A program made the translations under genes and the position numbers. A stretch of 62,042 bases of DNA from a virus (Duplodnaviria > Caudoviricetes). The notes beneath the pieces are model-generated. The model was given only the letters and a program-made list of their open reading frames with translations, was not told where the DNA came from and ran no database searches. How positions within the stretch are numbered: the stretch's first letter is position 1; each line of letters begins with the position of its first letter. Below, piece after piece: positions 35,490 to 45,558 of the stretch. The DNA is taken from positions 1 to 62,042 of the IMG/VR virus record IMGVR_UViG_3300042923_000331, one strand, 5' to 3'.

Positions 35490-35885
35490 TTATATTACCT
35501 CCATATCGATTAATAATTCTATTAATTCTTGTTGTGTTATACTTGTTTCGTTTGCAATTTGTTTAGCGGTAGATAGTTGCTGTTCTACTTCTGTTCTTTT
35601 GCTTTTTTCTTGTTCAAGTTGAGCTTTTAAATTTTCAATCTGTAATATTTCTTCTGTCGCTGTATTTTGGTACTGTACAGGTACCCACTTAAATACGCCG
35701 TTTACTTTATCGTACATGGCATAGTTTTTACTTAGTGGTGTTTGTAGTTCGGGCGGTTCTGTATAATCAGTTATCAAGATATAATTTAAACCTGTAGGGT
35801 TAAAATTCATATCTTCTTCGTTGATTATCGACAGCACCCTTTCTATACTTTTACCTGTGTTTTCTATATTTATTGCTTTATTCAT
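35490..35885 (-). CDS. Tail fibre assembly/chaperone-like protein
   Basis: Follows the fibre gene; C-terminal coiled coil. Confidence 0.55.
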   Translation of the reverse strand: MNKAINIENTGKSIERVLSIINEEDMNFNPTGLNYILITDYTEPPELQTPLSKNYAMYDKVNGVFKWVPVQYQNTATEEILQIENLKAQLEQEKSKRTEVEQQLSTAKQIANETSITQQELIELLIDMEVI

Positions 35886-35902
35886 ATTATTATCTCCTCT
35901 TG

Positions 35903-38227
35903 TTATGATATATTAACACAAATGTAGTTACTGTTACGACCTGCCACTAGTCTATTATTTTCATATCTTAAACTATTAATTGAAAATGTGTTACTTATAG
36001 CAACAGGCAACCATTTTACTGCATCTGTTGAAATAAAGAAAATATTAACTGCATCATTATAAACACCACTTACATAAAAAGTATTGTTAAGGAATATTAT
36101 ATTTGTAAAACTGTTTACAGAAGCAAATGTACTTAATGTCCAAGTTACTGCATCTGTTGAAATCAACATATTTCCGTTACTTCCAACTGCTATATATTTT
36201 CCATTTCCATATGCAACGTCTAAAAGCAGAAATGCAGTATACCCGGAGGCTCTTAATGTCCAAGTTATTCCATCCGGGGATGTGGCAATTCTACCACCTG
36301 CCACAGCTACAAATAAATTATTCAAAAATTTAATACTATAGACAATATCACTAGTTAAAAATGGGCTTGTGCATTGTGTCCATGTAGTACCATTTGTAGA
36401 ACGCCATATTTGACCTGAGTAACCACCTGCTACAAGTTTACTACTTCCATATGCTATTGAATACATAGTAGTACCACCGAATAGACCAGTTGTATTTGTC
36501 CAAGTAGTTCCGTCGGGAGAAGTTGCAACTACACCCCCACCTACCATAATGAATTTGCTATATGCGTATATACTTCCATAACAGCTTCCGCTACCATAAT
36601 TTCTTGCTGTTGTCCATGTATCTCCATTATTAACAGATTTAGAAATTAAACCATTTGAACAGCCTACTACCCATACACCATTATAGTAACATGGTGCGTT
36701 TGTACCATTTGCATCAACATGAAGTGTTTTAGTTGTCCACTCAAATCCTTGTGTGGGAAAGGCTGTAAGTGTTCCTACAACACCACCTATATTTACGCCG
36801 TTTTTTACGTTCCCAGCTACTAAATTATCAAATACAGCTGTTATCTTACCGCTGCCGTTATGGTAGCCTTCGCCTATAGTGTACTGTCCATTTTGGGTCG
36901 TTATTGAACCCATAGCTGCGCCCTTATTAACTATTGTTCCTGTTAACATTACACCGTCTACAGCTGCTTTATATCCTGCCATGATTTTATCCGCTGTAGC
37001 TGTACCAGCGCTAGTATCTATCACATTAGAATTTCCAGCTACTCCAAATATATTTGCGCCTGCTTTTATGTTTGTGGATACTAAATCCGGGTCACCTGCT
37101 ACATATCCGGCACCACTATGATATCCATTTGAAATAGCTTGATTTGTTGTTCCGGGTGTTATTACTACCGAACCTCTATCCGGCATGGTTCCTGTAATTT
37201 TATTTCCATTTACATAAGCAGTAAATCCATCTCGTATATTAGAAGTAGCAGCAGTTGCGTCGCTTGTAAAGGTTCCTAAAATTCCACCAACGGTTACTCC
37301 GGCTTTTATTACACTTGCTATAAGCCCGGTTATAACAGCTTTTATTTTCCCGAGTCCGGTATGGTATCCCTCCGGTATAACATACTCTTGTCCCTCTTGC
37401 GTAATGTTTTGTACTGTGGCATTGTTTATGGTCATTTCTCCTGCTATTCCGGTGTCATCATCGTTGCTGAATGTCTCTCCTGCTAGTACATTTGCAGCAA
37501 CTGCGGTACCCTCTGCACTAGCTTTAAGAAAAAAACAATCGCCTGCTAGGTTGTACCAAACTGTCACAGCCTTTCCAGCTTTAAGATTCGGAGCGGTTGT
37601 TGTGTTTGGCTTATAAACCGGTTTGCTATTTATAGTTGTTGCTGCTCCGCCATTATCTGCAGCAACAATGAAAGTCTTTGAATATCCGTTTGCTAATTCT
37701 ATACCGGTCAATGTTATTGCTGTTCCGGTTCCTGTTGCTGTCTGAAATATTATTGAATTGTCTAATTGTTCTTGTGTTGCAAAAACAAGGCTTTCATCTA
37801 TTACAGCTGTTACGTTTGAAACATTGCTTACTGCTGCCACTAAAGCAAATATAAACTCTGTGGGAGTCGTTGCGTATGCTGGTATAGTTTCCGGCGTTGG
37901 CGCATATGCATATGCGTATAGAATTTCGCCCTCTGTTGGGTCTGTAGCGAAAAGTCCTATTTCTCGCCATTGAAATGCTGATACTAAACTATTATTTGTA
38001 AATTGCCCTTTTATTGTGCATTTCGCACTCGCTATTGAATATCCGGATATTGGGATATTGGTTACGCTTGTTACAAGTGCTGCCAATGCTTCAATTTCTG
38101 CTTGTGTTCCGCCACCGGCTAGCGTGCCGGAACCCATTTGCATTTTTGTAAACGACAGTGTTGTCCCTGCTTGTGCTTTTGCTAGTAAGTTTTTCCCGAG
38201 CTGTGTTAAATAAAAATTATTAAACAT
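35903..38227 (-). CDS. Tail fibre protein
   Basis: LTQLG..LLAK, REIGLFA.DP..GEILYAY N-terminus; Gly/Thr-rich internal repeats; C-terminal S.DG.TW propeller-like repeats. Confidence 0.88.
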   Translation of the reverse strand: MFNNFYLTQLGKNLLAKAQAGTTLSFTKMQMGSGTLAGGGTQAEIEALAALVTSVTNIPISGYSIASAKCTIKGQFTNNSLVSAFQWREIGLFATDPTEGEILYAYAYAPTPETIPAYATTPTEFIFALVAAVSNVSNVTAVIDESLVFATQEQLDNSIIFQTATGTGTAITLTGIELANGYSKTFIVAADNGGAATTINSKPVYKPNTTTAPNLKAGKAVTVWYNLAGDCFFLKASAEGTAVAANVLAGETFSNDDDTGIAGEMTINNATVQNITQEGQEYVIPEGYHTGLGKIKAVITGLIASVIKAGVTVGGILGTFTSDATAATSNIRDGFTAYVNGNKITGTMPDRGSVVITPGTTNQAISNGYHSGAGYVAGDPDLVSTNIKAGANIFGVAGNSNVIDTSAGTATADKIMAGYKAAVDGVMLTGTIVNKGAAMGSITTQNGQYTIGEGYHNGSGKITAVFDNLVAGNVKNGVNIGGVVGTLTAFPTQGFEWTTKTLHVDANGTNAPCYYNGVWVVGCSNGLISKSVNNGDTWTTARNYGSGSCYGSIYAYSKFIMVGGGVVATSPDGTTWTNTTGLFGGTTMYSIAYGSSKLVAGGYSGQIWRSTNGTTWTQCTSPFLTSDIVYSIKFLNNLFVAVAGGRIATSPDGITWTLRASGYTAFLLLDVAYGNGKYIAVGSNGNMLISTDAVTWTLSTFASVNSFTNIIFLNNTFYVSGVYNDAVNIFFISTDAVKWLPVAISNTFSINSLRYENNRLVAGRNSNYICVNIS

Positions 38228-38230
38228 GGT

Positions 38231-38797
38231 TTAATTCACCTGCCTTAGTTGAAAATATTTGTAATTATGAAATATTCCGCCGATATATTCTGTTCCAGCT
38301 ACTATCTGCTCATATTTCACATGATAAATCAAATGTGATGGCTTTACTTTGTTTATCTCATTTATCAGTTCTGTTTCGTCTAGTGTTATTGAAGTTAGCC
38401 ATATTTCAAATGTGTTTTTCGCTGTATTCTCAACAATTCTAGCCGGCACACCGGTTATGGTTTCTGCTATTGTTTTTAATCTAAACGGATTTGAAGCAAT
38501 ATTAGTTGATAGCGCTGCCATTAAACGTTGCCGTCTTTCTGCTATGGTTGCTCCGGGTACAGTTTTAAACATGAATTCTTGCTCCCAATATTTGAGACCC
38601 CATGTTGCCGTTTGTGGAACCATTTGTAAAGCTATATCTTCTGCTATTGCTTCAGCTTCGTCCATTTGCTTGCCTATAGTGTTAAATATGCTAAGTGCGA
38701 TGGTAGCTTTGCCGTATATAGGAGAAACAAAAGACAAAATTTCTTTTGCCTTTTCGCTGGTTATTATTTGTTTAATTAGCTCTGTTTCGTATATCAT
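38231..38797 (-). CDS. Baseplate wedge protein (DUF2313/YmfQ type)
   Basis: PQTATWGL.YWE, ERR, VKPSHL. Confidence 0.85.
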   Translation of the reverse strand: MIYETELIKQIITSEKAKEILSFVSPIYGKATIALSIFNTIGKQMDEAEAIAEDIALQMVPQTATWGLKYWEQEFMFKTVPGATIAERRQRLMAALSTNIASNPFRLKTIAETITGVPARIVENTAKNTFEIWLTSITLDETELINEINKVKPSHLIYHVKYEQIVAGTEYIGGIFHNYKYFQLRQVN

Positions 38798-39921
38798 ACG
38801 GTAAATGTCACCTCCGCTATTGTTGTACGCGGTAAGTTTCCGCTCGGGATAACTACATTAGCTGCGGTTCCGTTTATTAATAAATTGCTATAATCACTCA
38901 CACCGCTTATTCCGGATAATATAGCCGCGACTTTGGAATACTTAATATATCCGTCTGCTAGTGCTTCTTTGTAGTATTCTGTAAGCTGTGCTACAAAGTC
39001 CGCTTTTATAGTATCTATGTTTCCTACGAAAACTATTGTTGCTGTTACGGTAACAGTTATTGTTGTTGGTGCTATAACGTCTATTTGTGCGTTTATTGGT
39101 GATTTTCTTAATGCTGGCTCGTCGGATGACATTATGTAATTATATACAGCTGTGCACAGCTCTGTGCTGGCTGGATTCCCCACACTATCAGTTATTACTA
39201 TCTGTATCACTCCTGTATCATCCGCCGGTCTTACAATGTTTACTCCACCAACTCCGGTTACTGAAAGCGCCCACCTAGAATAATCAGCGTCGGAACCTAT
39301 AAACGAATTATCTTTGTTTTGGTCATAATCAAGTATTCTAGAGCGTAAAGCTTCGTCGCTTTCTAAATCTACTCCACCCATTGTTGCTGCAGTGTTTGTT
39401 ACGGTCTTTAAACCGTTTATAGGCGTCGAAGGCATTGTTATTGTACTTGCGTTTACATTGCCGGCTATTCCTGCTATTACGGCTTGAATGCTGGCTTCTA
39501 CAGCGATATCTCCGTTAAGCGTTGCTTCTGTAGTTGTTACGAATTCTATATTGGTCTCGCCGTTTACAGAAACTGTTGAAAACCTAGTCCCTATATTTAT
39601 TACAGTTCCTAATATTCCGGTCATTTGTATTATGCCGGTTGCTGCCACAGCTGGCTTTCTTTGTAAACCTCTAGTTTCTGCATGGTAGTCAAGCATTTGT
39701 TCTCTTGCCCACATTGGAAACAGATTTTTTAGAAATTCAATCATAGTAAATTGTACTAACTGCGATTTCTGTATTGCTATTGGCTTGGTTAAATCGTAAG
39801 GAAATTGCCCCTCTGATTTGTCTAAATCGGGCGGTAAATCGTCGAGCATTTCTTTTAAAATGGTGTTTGTGTCCTGTCCCTCTGAAAAGGACGGATTTTC
39901 AAAATCATATATTACTGCCAT
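38794..39921 (-). CDS. Baseplate J / gp47-like protein
   Basis: LDYHAE.RGL.RK.A, GG.D.ESDE.LR.R, DY..WA..V.GV. Confidence 0.92.
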   Translation of the reverse strand: MAVIYDFENPSFSEGQDTNTILKEMLDDLPPDLDKSEGQFPYDLTKPIAIQKSQLVQFTMIEFLKNLFPMWAREQMLDYHAETRGLQRKPAVAATGIIQMTGILGTVINIGTRFSTVSVNGETNIEFVTTTEATLNGDIAVEASIQAVIAGIAGNVNASTITMPSTPINGLKTVTNTAATMGGVDLESDEALRSRILDYDQNKDNSFIGSDADYSRWALSVTGVGGVNIVRPADDTGVIQIVITDSVGNPASTELCTAVYNYIMSSDEPALRKSPINAQIDVIAPTTITVTVTATIVFVGNIDTIKADFVAQLTEYYKEALADGYIKYSKVAAILSGISGVSDYSNLLINGTAANVVIPSGNLPRTTIAEVTFTV

Positions 39922-39931
39922 TCATGCCCTC

Positions 39932-40375
39932 CTAACTGTATTGTACTGTTAATGTTGCTTTTCCTATATTTGCTGCTACTACCTCAAAAGAAACATAAAT
40001 ACTGTCATTCTTCCAATCAAAATTGAAATTAGCCACACTTATAGTCCTTTTAGCAGGGTCTGCCATTAATGTATCGGTGATTGTTCTTGCAATGCTACTT
40101 TCTTTTGCACTTTTATTCTCGTTTCCACGCATTATTTCTTCAAGCTCTGCTCCGTATTCATCGCTATACGCTAAGTATGCATATCTTTCTGTATACACAG
40201 CTTTTAAGCACCATTGTATCCACGCATTGTATTCATCTGCCGCCTGCAGCTTTCCTGTTCCGTCGGTTACAAAATCGCCCTTGTTAAAATCAAAGTATAT
40301 TGATTTTTTAAACTCCGGGCTTTGCTCTGCTTCGGTCAAGTCTAATGGTGCAAATGTCGGATATAGTTTTGGCAT
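39932..40375 (-). CDS. XkdS/DUF2634 baseplate protein
   Basis: FDF..GDF, QW..KA..TERY.Y.AYS..YG.ELE. Confidence 0.88.
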   Translation of the reverse strand: MPKLYPTFAPLDLTEAEQSPEFKKSIYFDFNKGDFVTDGTGKLQAADEYNAWIQWCLKAVYTERYAYLAYSDEYGAELEEIMRGNENKSAKESSIARTITDTLMADPAKRTISVANFNFDWKNDSIYVSFEVVAANIGKATLTVQYS

Positions 40376-40376
40376 T

Positions 40377-40823
40377 TTAAATTATCACCTCCGTTGCCGG
40401 TAATATTACGTCAATAATTACTGCGTCTGCTCCTACCCATGCTACAAGTACCCGGTCGCCCGGCTTTAATTTTGTTTCTGCGTCCGGGATTGTTAATGAA
40501 TGAATATGCCCACCAGCTGATTCCGTTGTTCCGCTTACGCTGTGCGAGTGCAAATCGCCACCGGCTGATGTCGTACCGCTTGTCGTACTATATGAGTGAG
40601 CGTGTGTTCCAGCTGTTGCAGAATCTATTGTAATACTTGCCGATACAGCCTTAGAAATGCCCCTACAAATCAAATAGTCGGTCGCTGGTATTGGTATTCC
40701 AAAAGTATTAGTTTTAAGGCTGTAATCGTCGTTTATAGTCCCAAAATCTAAAATTAAATTGCCTTTTACGCCGCGTTGCATTTCTAGTTGCATTGCATAT
40801 GCGAATTTTTCAATCCCTGTCAT
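40377..40823 (-). CDS. Baseplate spike-like protein (XkdR/DUF2577 position)
   Basis: LKPGDRVLV; three HxH motifs. Confidence 0.7.
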   Translation of the reverse strand: MTGIEKFAYAMQLEMQRGVKGNLILDFGTINDDYSLKTNTFGIPIPATDYLICRGISKAVSASITIDSATAGTHAHSYSTTSGTTSAGGDLHSHSVSGTTESAGGHIHSLTIPDAETKLKPGDRVLVAWVGADAVIIDVILPATEVII

Positions 40824-40839
40824 TCCGGCGCCCTCCTCT

Positions 40840-41835
40840 CTAGTATGTAGTAAGCTCTAATTCTGCTTGCATGCTTTTTTCTGAAAAGTCATGTGTTACC
40901 GCTTTTATATAAAAATCTCCTATAAGGTTTCCGGCTTCAACTCTTAATTTATCGCCTTTTCTTAATGGTGGAATATCCGGAGAATTTATTGTTATTGATT
41001 GCAGCGGCTTTCCTCTTTCTTCTAATATTGTTTCGGCTTCTTTTCTTGCTTCTTCTAGTGTCGCATTACTAGATTTTGTCACTATTTCTTGCAATATTCC
41101 GTATTCTGTTTTTCCCTCTATGGAGCTAATTACGGAGCTGCGGTCGCCGTCGCTGTCTGCTGCCACTATTATTATTTTAGTAACTAGATTATCCATTGAA
41201 ATCCTGTAATCTGTGCTTATAGTGTTTTTAGTATTCAAAATATATATATCTTTGTTGGTTCCTTTGGCTCTTATGTATAGAGTATCTTCAACCATTAAAG
41301 CCACAGCCTTTTCTTTAAGCTGCTTTGCGGCTTCTGACATAAATTTATATATTTCTTCTACAATAGTTGAATTTTTAAATACCATTTTTTCATGCGGTAT
41401 GCTCTTCCACTCATATTTAAAATTAACATTCCAGCGTTTTGCTATGTCTGTTATGCCTGCCTCGGTGCCGGTGCCTTTTGGGTAATAACTATCCTCTTTT
41501 GATTTTTGCATGTATATCATTTTATCGTATGCAACTATAGTCAAATCTTTTTGCGTTGCACTCGCATAGTTATAATCCCACAAAGTTCCTTTGAAAACTT
41601 TTTTAAACCCGGTTCCCCAATTAGCTTTTATATATATGTGTGTGCAAAGCTCTAGTAGCGTCGTTAAATAGCCCATAGCGCTTTTGTAATTCGCTAGCTT
41701 TATATTTGCTCGTTGAGCTATTTCGTTGTCGTTATCGCTCCATGTAAGGCTTTGAATTGATTTTGTTAGTTCTATTGTATTGCCGGTAGAAAGAACAGCG
41801 TATAATCTATATTTCAAATCTTTTACTATTATCAT
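40840..41835 (-). CDS. XkdQ-like baseplate hub protein
   Basis: AYD, YGILQE, LRKGD, FYI..V.H. Confidence 0.85.
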   Translation of the reverse strand: MIIVKDLKYRLYAVLSTGNTIELTKSIQSLTWSDNDNEIAQRANIKLANYKSAMGYLTTLLELCTHIYIKANWGTGFKKVFKGTLWDYNYASATQKDLTIVAYDKMIYMQKSKEDSYYPKGTGTEAGITDIAKRWNVNFKYEWKSIPHEKMVFKNSTIVEEIYKFMSEAAKQLKEKAVALMVEDTLYIRAKGTNKDIYILNTKNTISTDYRISMDNLVTKIIIVAADSDGDRSSVISSIEGKTEYGILQEIVTKSSNATLEEARKEAETILEERGKPLQSITINSPDIPPLRKGDKLRVEAGNLIGDFYIKAVTHDFSEKSMQAELELTTY

Positions 41836-41846
41836 TGCTGCTCCTC

Positions 41847-42467
41847 CTATGGCATTTTTAGTGTTTGCCCGGGTATTATAATATTTGGATTTGCAATATT
41901 ATTAAGGCTTGCAATTTCCATATATTTGCCGCCGCTTCCTAGCTGACTTTGCGCTATTTTCCACAAAGTGTCGCCGGTTTTTACTGTGTATATTTTTGCT
42001 TTTGGCGCAATACTTCTTTGCGTTACGCTAGTTTCCTGCGTGTTAGCTTCGTTAATGGTGTTTATTACAAGCTGCTTTGCTTGTTTAAATGTTACCGAAT
42101 AAGTGTAATCTCCGTATCCACCGGAATACTCTACGCTGTATTCATCAAGCCATACATCATGATTTATTGGTGTATTTGAAATAAGCAAATGAAGAAGCTT
42201 TCCTGTGCTTCTGAAATATGATAGTTTTTCTTGTATAACTTGAGGTGGCACCCAATCAAAAACGTATGGCTCGTTTTTCCTTTTCTCTCCCGGTAATATT
42301 CCATCCCACGAGAAAATTGTTAAAAGTTCGCCGCCCGGAATATCGATGTCCCCTATGTCTAAAATAACATAAGTTCTAAATTTCGCTCCGGCTTTTACGT
42401 TTATTTTTTCCGGCATCATCGGAAATACTATAGTTTCATTCGTTTCTTTATCTGTTAAATAAATCAT
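41847..42467 (-). CDS. XkdP-like tail protein with LysM domain
   Basis: P..PE.I N-terminus; YTVKTGDTLWKIA...N.I.NPN.I.PGQ.L. Confidence 0.9.
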   Translation of the reverse strand: MIYLTDKETNETIVFPMMPEKINVKAGAKFRTYVILDIGDIDIPGGELLTIFSWDGILPGEKRKNEPYVFDWVPPQVIQEKLSYFRSTGKLLHLLISNTPINHDVWLDEYSVEYSGGYGDYTYSVTFKQAKQLVINTINEANTQETSVTQRSIAPKAKIYTVKTGDTLWKIAQSQLGSGGKYMEIASLNNIANPNIIIPGQTLKMP

Positions 42468-42482
42468 TTTAGTACCTCCCTT

Positions 42483-44390
42483 TTACCATTCTGTTGCGCC
42501 GGATTTTCTTGGTGTGTTATTGAATATTTCAGCTGCTCTTGTCGCTAATTCGTTTGCTAACATGTCGGTTACTGATGGAAGCTCTCGCCTTATTGAGCTT
42601 ACTACTGATTCGCCGTCCTGCGTCTTAACTTCAAAATACATATTTCCTAATGTTATATTGTTTTCCTGCTTGCTTGTTGAACTTTTATTAGTCACAGACG
42701 CGTCGGAGTCTTTTCCACTCAATAAATCGCTTACTGATTCCACTATTGGTTTTAATACCATTGTTGCAGCTGCAGCTAAACCTAAAGCTATTAATGCTGT
42801 TCCGCCGGTACCTATTGTCGCTGCTCCTAGTCCGGCTGCTCCAGCTCCGCCTAGTCCAGCTGCTGCTCCTATGCTGCCTATTCCTGCGGCTGCTGCTGTT
42901 CCTAATTTACCTAAAAGCCCTAATTTTTTTAACACCATTACTGTTCCTGCTATGGTTGCTATGCCGCCTACTTTTTCGCCAGCTGATGTTCCATCTTCGT
43001 TAGTTATAACTTTTCCAGCATTACTGTATCCGCCTTTTATAGCTTCCCATATTGCTGCGCCAACTGTACTTGCATCGAATCCCTCTAAAAAGCCTGTCGC
43101 AAATGATTGTCCAACTGAAATTCCGCTGTTAGTAATTCCGTCTAAATCCACACCGAGAAGCGTCATTATAACGCCTTTATTAAATGTGCCTATTCCGTGT
43201 CCTATTTTTTCGCCTAGTCCAGCAGCCCAAGCTAAACCCTCGCTGCTCCACCATTCGTCAAAAGGTGTAACTATCATATCGCGCCATACTATTTTTACTT
43301 TGCCGAATAAATCTGCTTCTTGAAATTCTCTAGTTTTCATTATGCCTAGTAAACCTCTATATGCTGCGTCGAATTTATCCACAACCCACGTTGACAATCC
43401 GGTTCCAAGGTCTTTTAATTTGTCGCCTAATTTATCAAGTGTTCCTCTACCGTTAGAAAGCAATTCATTTAGTTTTCCCATGCCTTTAATAGCTCCCACT
43501 TGTAAGCCCTCACCCCATTTTTTCACTAAGGTTACTGCGAAAGTGTCTTTTATTTGGCTCATTAAGCCGGAAACAGTTCTTGTTGCTGTGCTTTCCATTA
43601 AGCCGTCAAACTCTCCCATACCAGCTATTATTGCGTCGATTGCTTTTTCTACCGGGACAAGTCCTTTTGATGTCATTTTCTGTATTTGTGGTATAGTAAC
43701 ACCCATTCCGTCAGCAAGATATTTCCATCCGTTTACGCCGGCTTCGGTTAATTGCAGCATTTCTTCTGCTGAAATCTTACCTTTCATTCTCATCTGTGAA
43801 AGTGCGAGTGTTATTCTTTGTATTCCCTCTTCACCTTTTCCGGTTCCTGCAGCTGCGTTTCCTATTTTCTCTAAATCCGGAAGTATTTTTTCAACAGCCC
43901 AGCCCATGGCTAACATTCTTTGTGATGTTGAAACAAGACCCTGCGTTTCAAATGGTGTCCTTATTGCAAACTCTTCAATTTCTTTCATCATTTTTTGCGC
44001 TTTTTCAATACTGCCGAGCTTTGTCTCAAATCCTACTAAGGCGCCGGATATACTATCTGCATAGTTTAGCGGCGCCATTATCGCCTTTTGCATTACCACA
44101 CCGGCGACAATTCCTGTTAGAATACCTTTTAAACTTGTTGCAAATCCTAGAATACCTCTTAGCGGCGCTGTTGCATAATCTAGTATTTTAACCGGTATTT
44201 TAATAGCTTGTTTCGCTAAATATTTTACGGTAGAATACATTTTGTCAAGGCTTTTGTCTGCTAAATTAGCTTGCTTTTTAGTGTTTTTTATTGAATCATT
44301 AAACCTATCTGCTGCTTTTGTTGATTCGTTTAAATTTTTGGAAGTTTGGTCGTTATATTTCGCGGTAATATCTATTACTATTGTTTCCAT
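42483..44390 (-). CDS. Tape measure protein
   Basis: FA..TPFE, ALSQM..KGK..AEE..QL.EAG tape-measure domain; Gly/Ala-rich hydrophobic C-terminus. Confidence 0.9.
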   Translation of the reverse strand: METIVIDITAKYNDQTSKNLNESTKAADRFNDSIKNTKKQANLADKSLDKMYSTVKYLAKQAIKIPVKILDYATAPLRGILGFATSLKGILTGIVAGVVMQKAIMAPLNYADSISGALVGFETKLGSIEKAQKMMKEIEEFAIRTPFETQGLVSTSQRMLAMGWAVEKILPDLEKIGNAAAGTGKGEEGIQRITLALSQMRMKGKISAEEMLQLTEAGVNGWKYLADGMGVTIPQIQKMTSKGLVPVEKAIDAIIAGMGEFDGLMESTATRTVSGLMSQIKDTFAVTLVKKWGEGLQVGAIKGMGKLNELLSNGRGTLDKLGDKLKDLGTGLSTWVVDKFDAAYRGLLGIMKTREFQEADLFGKVKIVWRDMIVTPFDEWWSSEGLAWAAGLGEKIGHGIGTFNKGVIMTLLGVDLDGITNSGISVGQSFATGFLEGFDASTVGAAIWEAIKGGYSNAGKVITNEDGTSAGEKVGGIATIAGTVMVLKKLGLLGKLGTAAAAGIGSIGAAAGLGGAGAAGLGAATIGTGGTALIALGLAAAATMVLKPIVESVSDLLSGKDSDASVTNKSSTSKQENNITLGNMYFEVKTQDGESVVSSIRRELPSVTDMLANELATRAAEIFNNTPRKSGATEW

Positions 44391-44405
44391 GGCACACCTC
44401 CTCCC

Positions 44406-44579
44406 TTATTTCTTCGGCGGCTGATTGTTTATTTCGGCTTCAATCTCTATTAGCTCTGAGGCAAATAAAAAAGCAAGCTCCCCCGGCGGTCTTTTCAGAA
44501 CGTCGGTCGGATACTTGCCTTTCTGCTGCCAAATTCGATGAAGCAAATAGGATTTGCCGCCTGCCTTTATTAGTTTTTT
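44406..44579 (-). CDS. -1 frameshift extension of the tail chaperone (gpGT-like)
   Basis: Heptamer AAAAAAC at 44573-44579; -1 frame is open (KKLIKAGGKSYLLH...NQPPKK*) to 44406. Confidence 0.75.
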   Translation of the reverse strand, partial: KKLIKAGGKSYLLHRIWQQKGKYPTDVLKRPPGELAFLFASELIEIEAEINNQPPKK

Positions 44580-45061
44580 GCGTATTCCTCTCTTGATACA
44601 CCGTACCCGGACAGAATATCTATTTCGTTAATTATCCACTCTTTCTCACCAGCCATAAGCACAGCGTCGATAACGTCTATTGGCGAAAGTACGTTAAGCT
44701 TATCTTTAAGCTTTGTATTATTCCACACTTTTTTTCTGTCCTCTTCAATTGTTGCTGCGTATATTTTGTATGAGCGAAGCCTTACTATGTTGGTTGTATC
44801 TTCAATCTTCGGAAGATGGCGACCGTTTGGATTTGGAATGTATTTTGTTGCTTTCTCTCTACACTCGTCGAGTTCTTCCTCTTCCAATGGTCGAATGCGA
44901 AACTCAAATAAAAGCTTGCCGTTTCTAACAACTTTTACTAGCTTAATATTTTGCTCGTCATCTTTAAATTGTGCTGCTTCAAATAGTCCTGCTAAAAGCC
45001 TATCTTCATCCATTAACACTTCTTCTTTAGTTGGTAATACATTTTCATCTGTTTCTTTCAT
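44570..45061 (-). CDS. Tail assembly chaperone (XkdN-like)
   Basis: Lies between tube and TMP; ends AKN at the slippery A-AAA-AAC. Confidence 0.85.
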   Translation of the reverse strand: MKETDENVLPTKEEVLMDEDRLLAGLFEAAQFKDDEQNIKLVKVVRNGKLLFEFRIRPLEEEELDECREKATKYIPNPNGRHLPKIEDTTNIVRLRSYKIYAATIEEDRKKVWNNTKLKDKLNVLSPIDVIDAVLMAGEKEWIINEIDILSGYGVSREEYAKN

Positions 45062-45089
45062 TGCTTTTCCCCTCTTTTATTTGATTATT

Positions 45090-45545
45090 TTATTTTTTAA
45101 AATATGCAATCAATTCCGGTGTTGCATTTGCTCTGAAGCTCCAATTTCTTTTCAAAATTTCTCCCGGCTGGATATTTAGTAAATCAACAGTTCCGTCGGG
45201 AATGCAACTTCTTACAACTTGTCTTTGTGCCTGCCCATCTCTGCGCTTTATTTTGCCTTGAAAATCGAATGTTGGCATATAGCCGTTTTTTAAGTCGTCG
45301 TAAAATTTAGTTAAAGTAACGTCGTCTCTAACTATTGTTTCTGTTAGTGTTACTGTTACGGTATAGCCTGTATTTATTGCATATACTAAAGCTGAACCGA
45401 TTGGTTGGTGGTCTGTATTATTAACATTTAACTGAATTCCGAATGCTTCTGCTTCTGCTAAAAACATTTGATTTCCGTCTGATAGTGTTACAAACACTTG
45501 ACCGTCTTTTCCGGTCGTAATATTTCTTACGTCTAATGTTTCCAT
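45090..45545 (-). CDS. Tail tube protein (XkdM-like)
   Basis: GKDG N-terminus; follows the sheath gene. Confidence 0.85.
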   Translation of the reverse strand: METLDVRNITTGKDGQVFVTLSDGNQMFLAEAEAFGIQLNVNNTDHQPIGSALVYAINTGYTVTVTLTETIVRDDVTLTKFYDDLKNGYMPTFDFQGKIKRRDGQAQRQVVRSCIPDGTVDLLNIQPGEILKRNWSFRANATPELIAYFKK

Positions 45546-45558
45546 TGCTTACCTCCCA

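Noticed and set aside
35903-38227. Diversity-generating retroelement or invertible tail fibre
   Set aside because: No reverse transcriptase, invertase or adenine-variant template repeat seen
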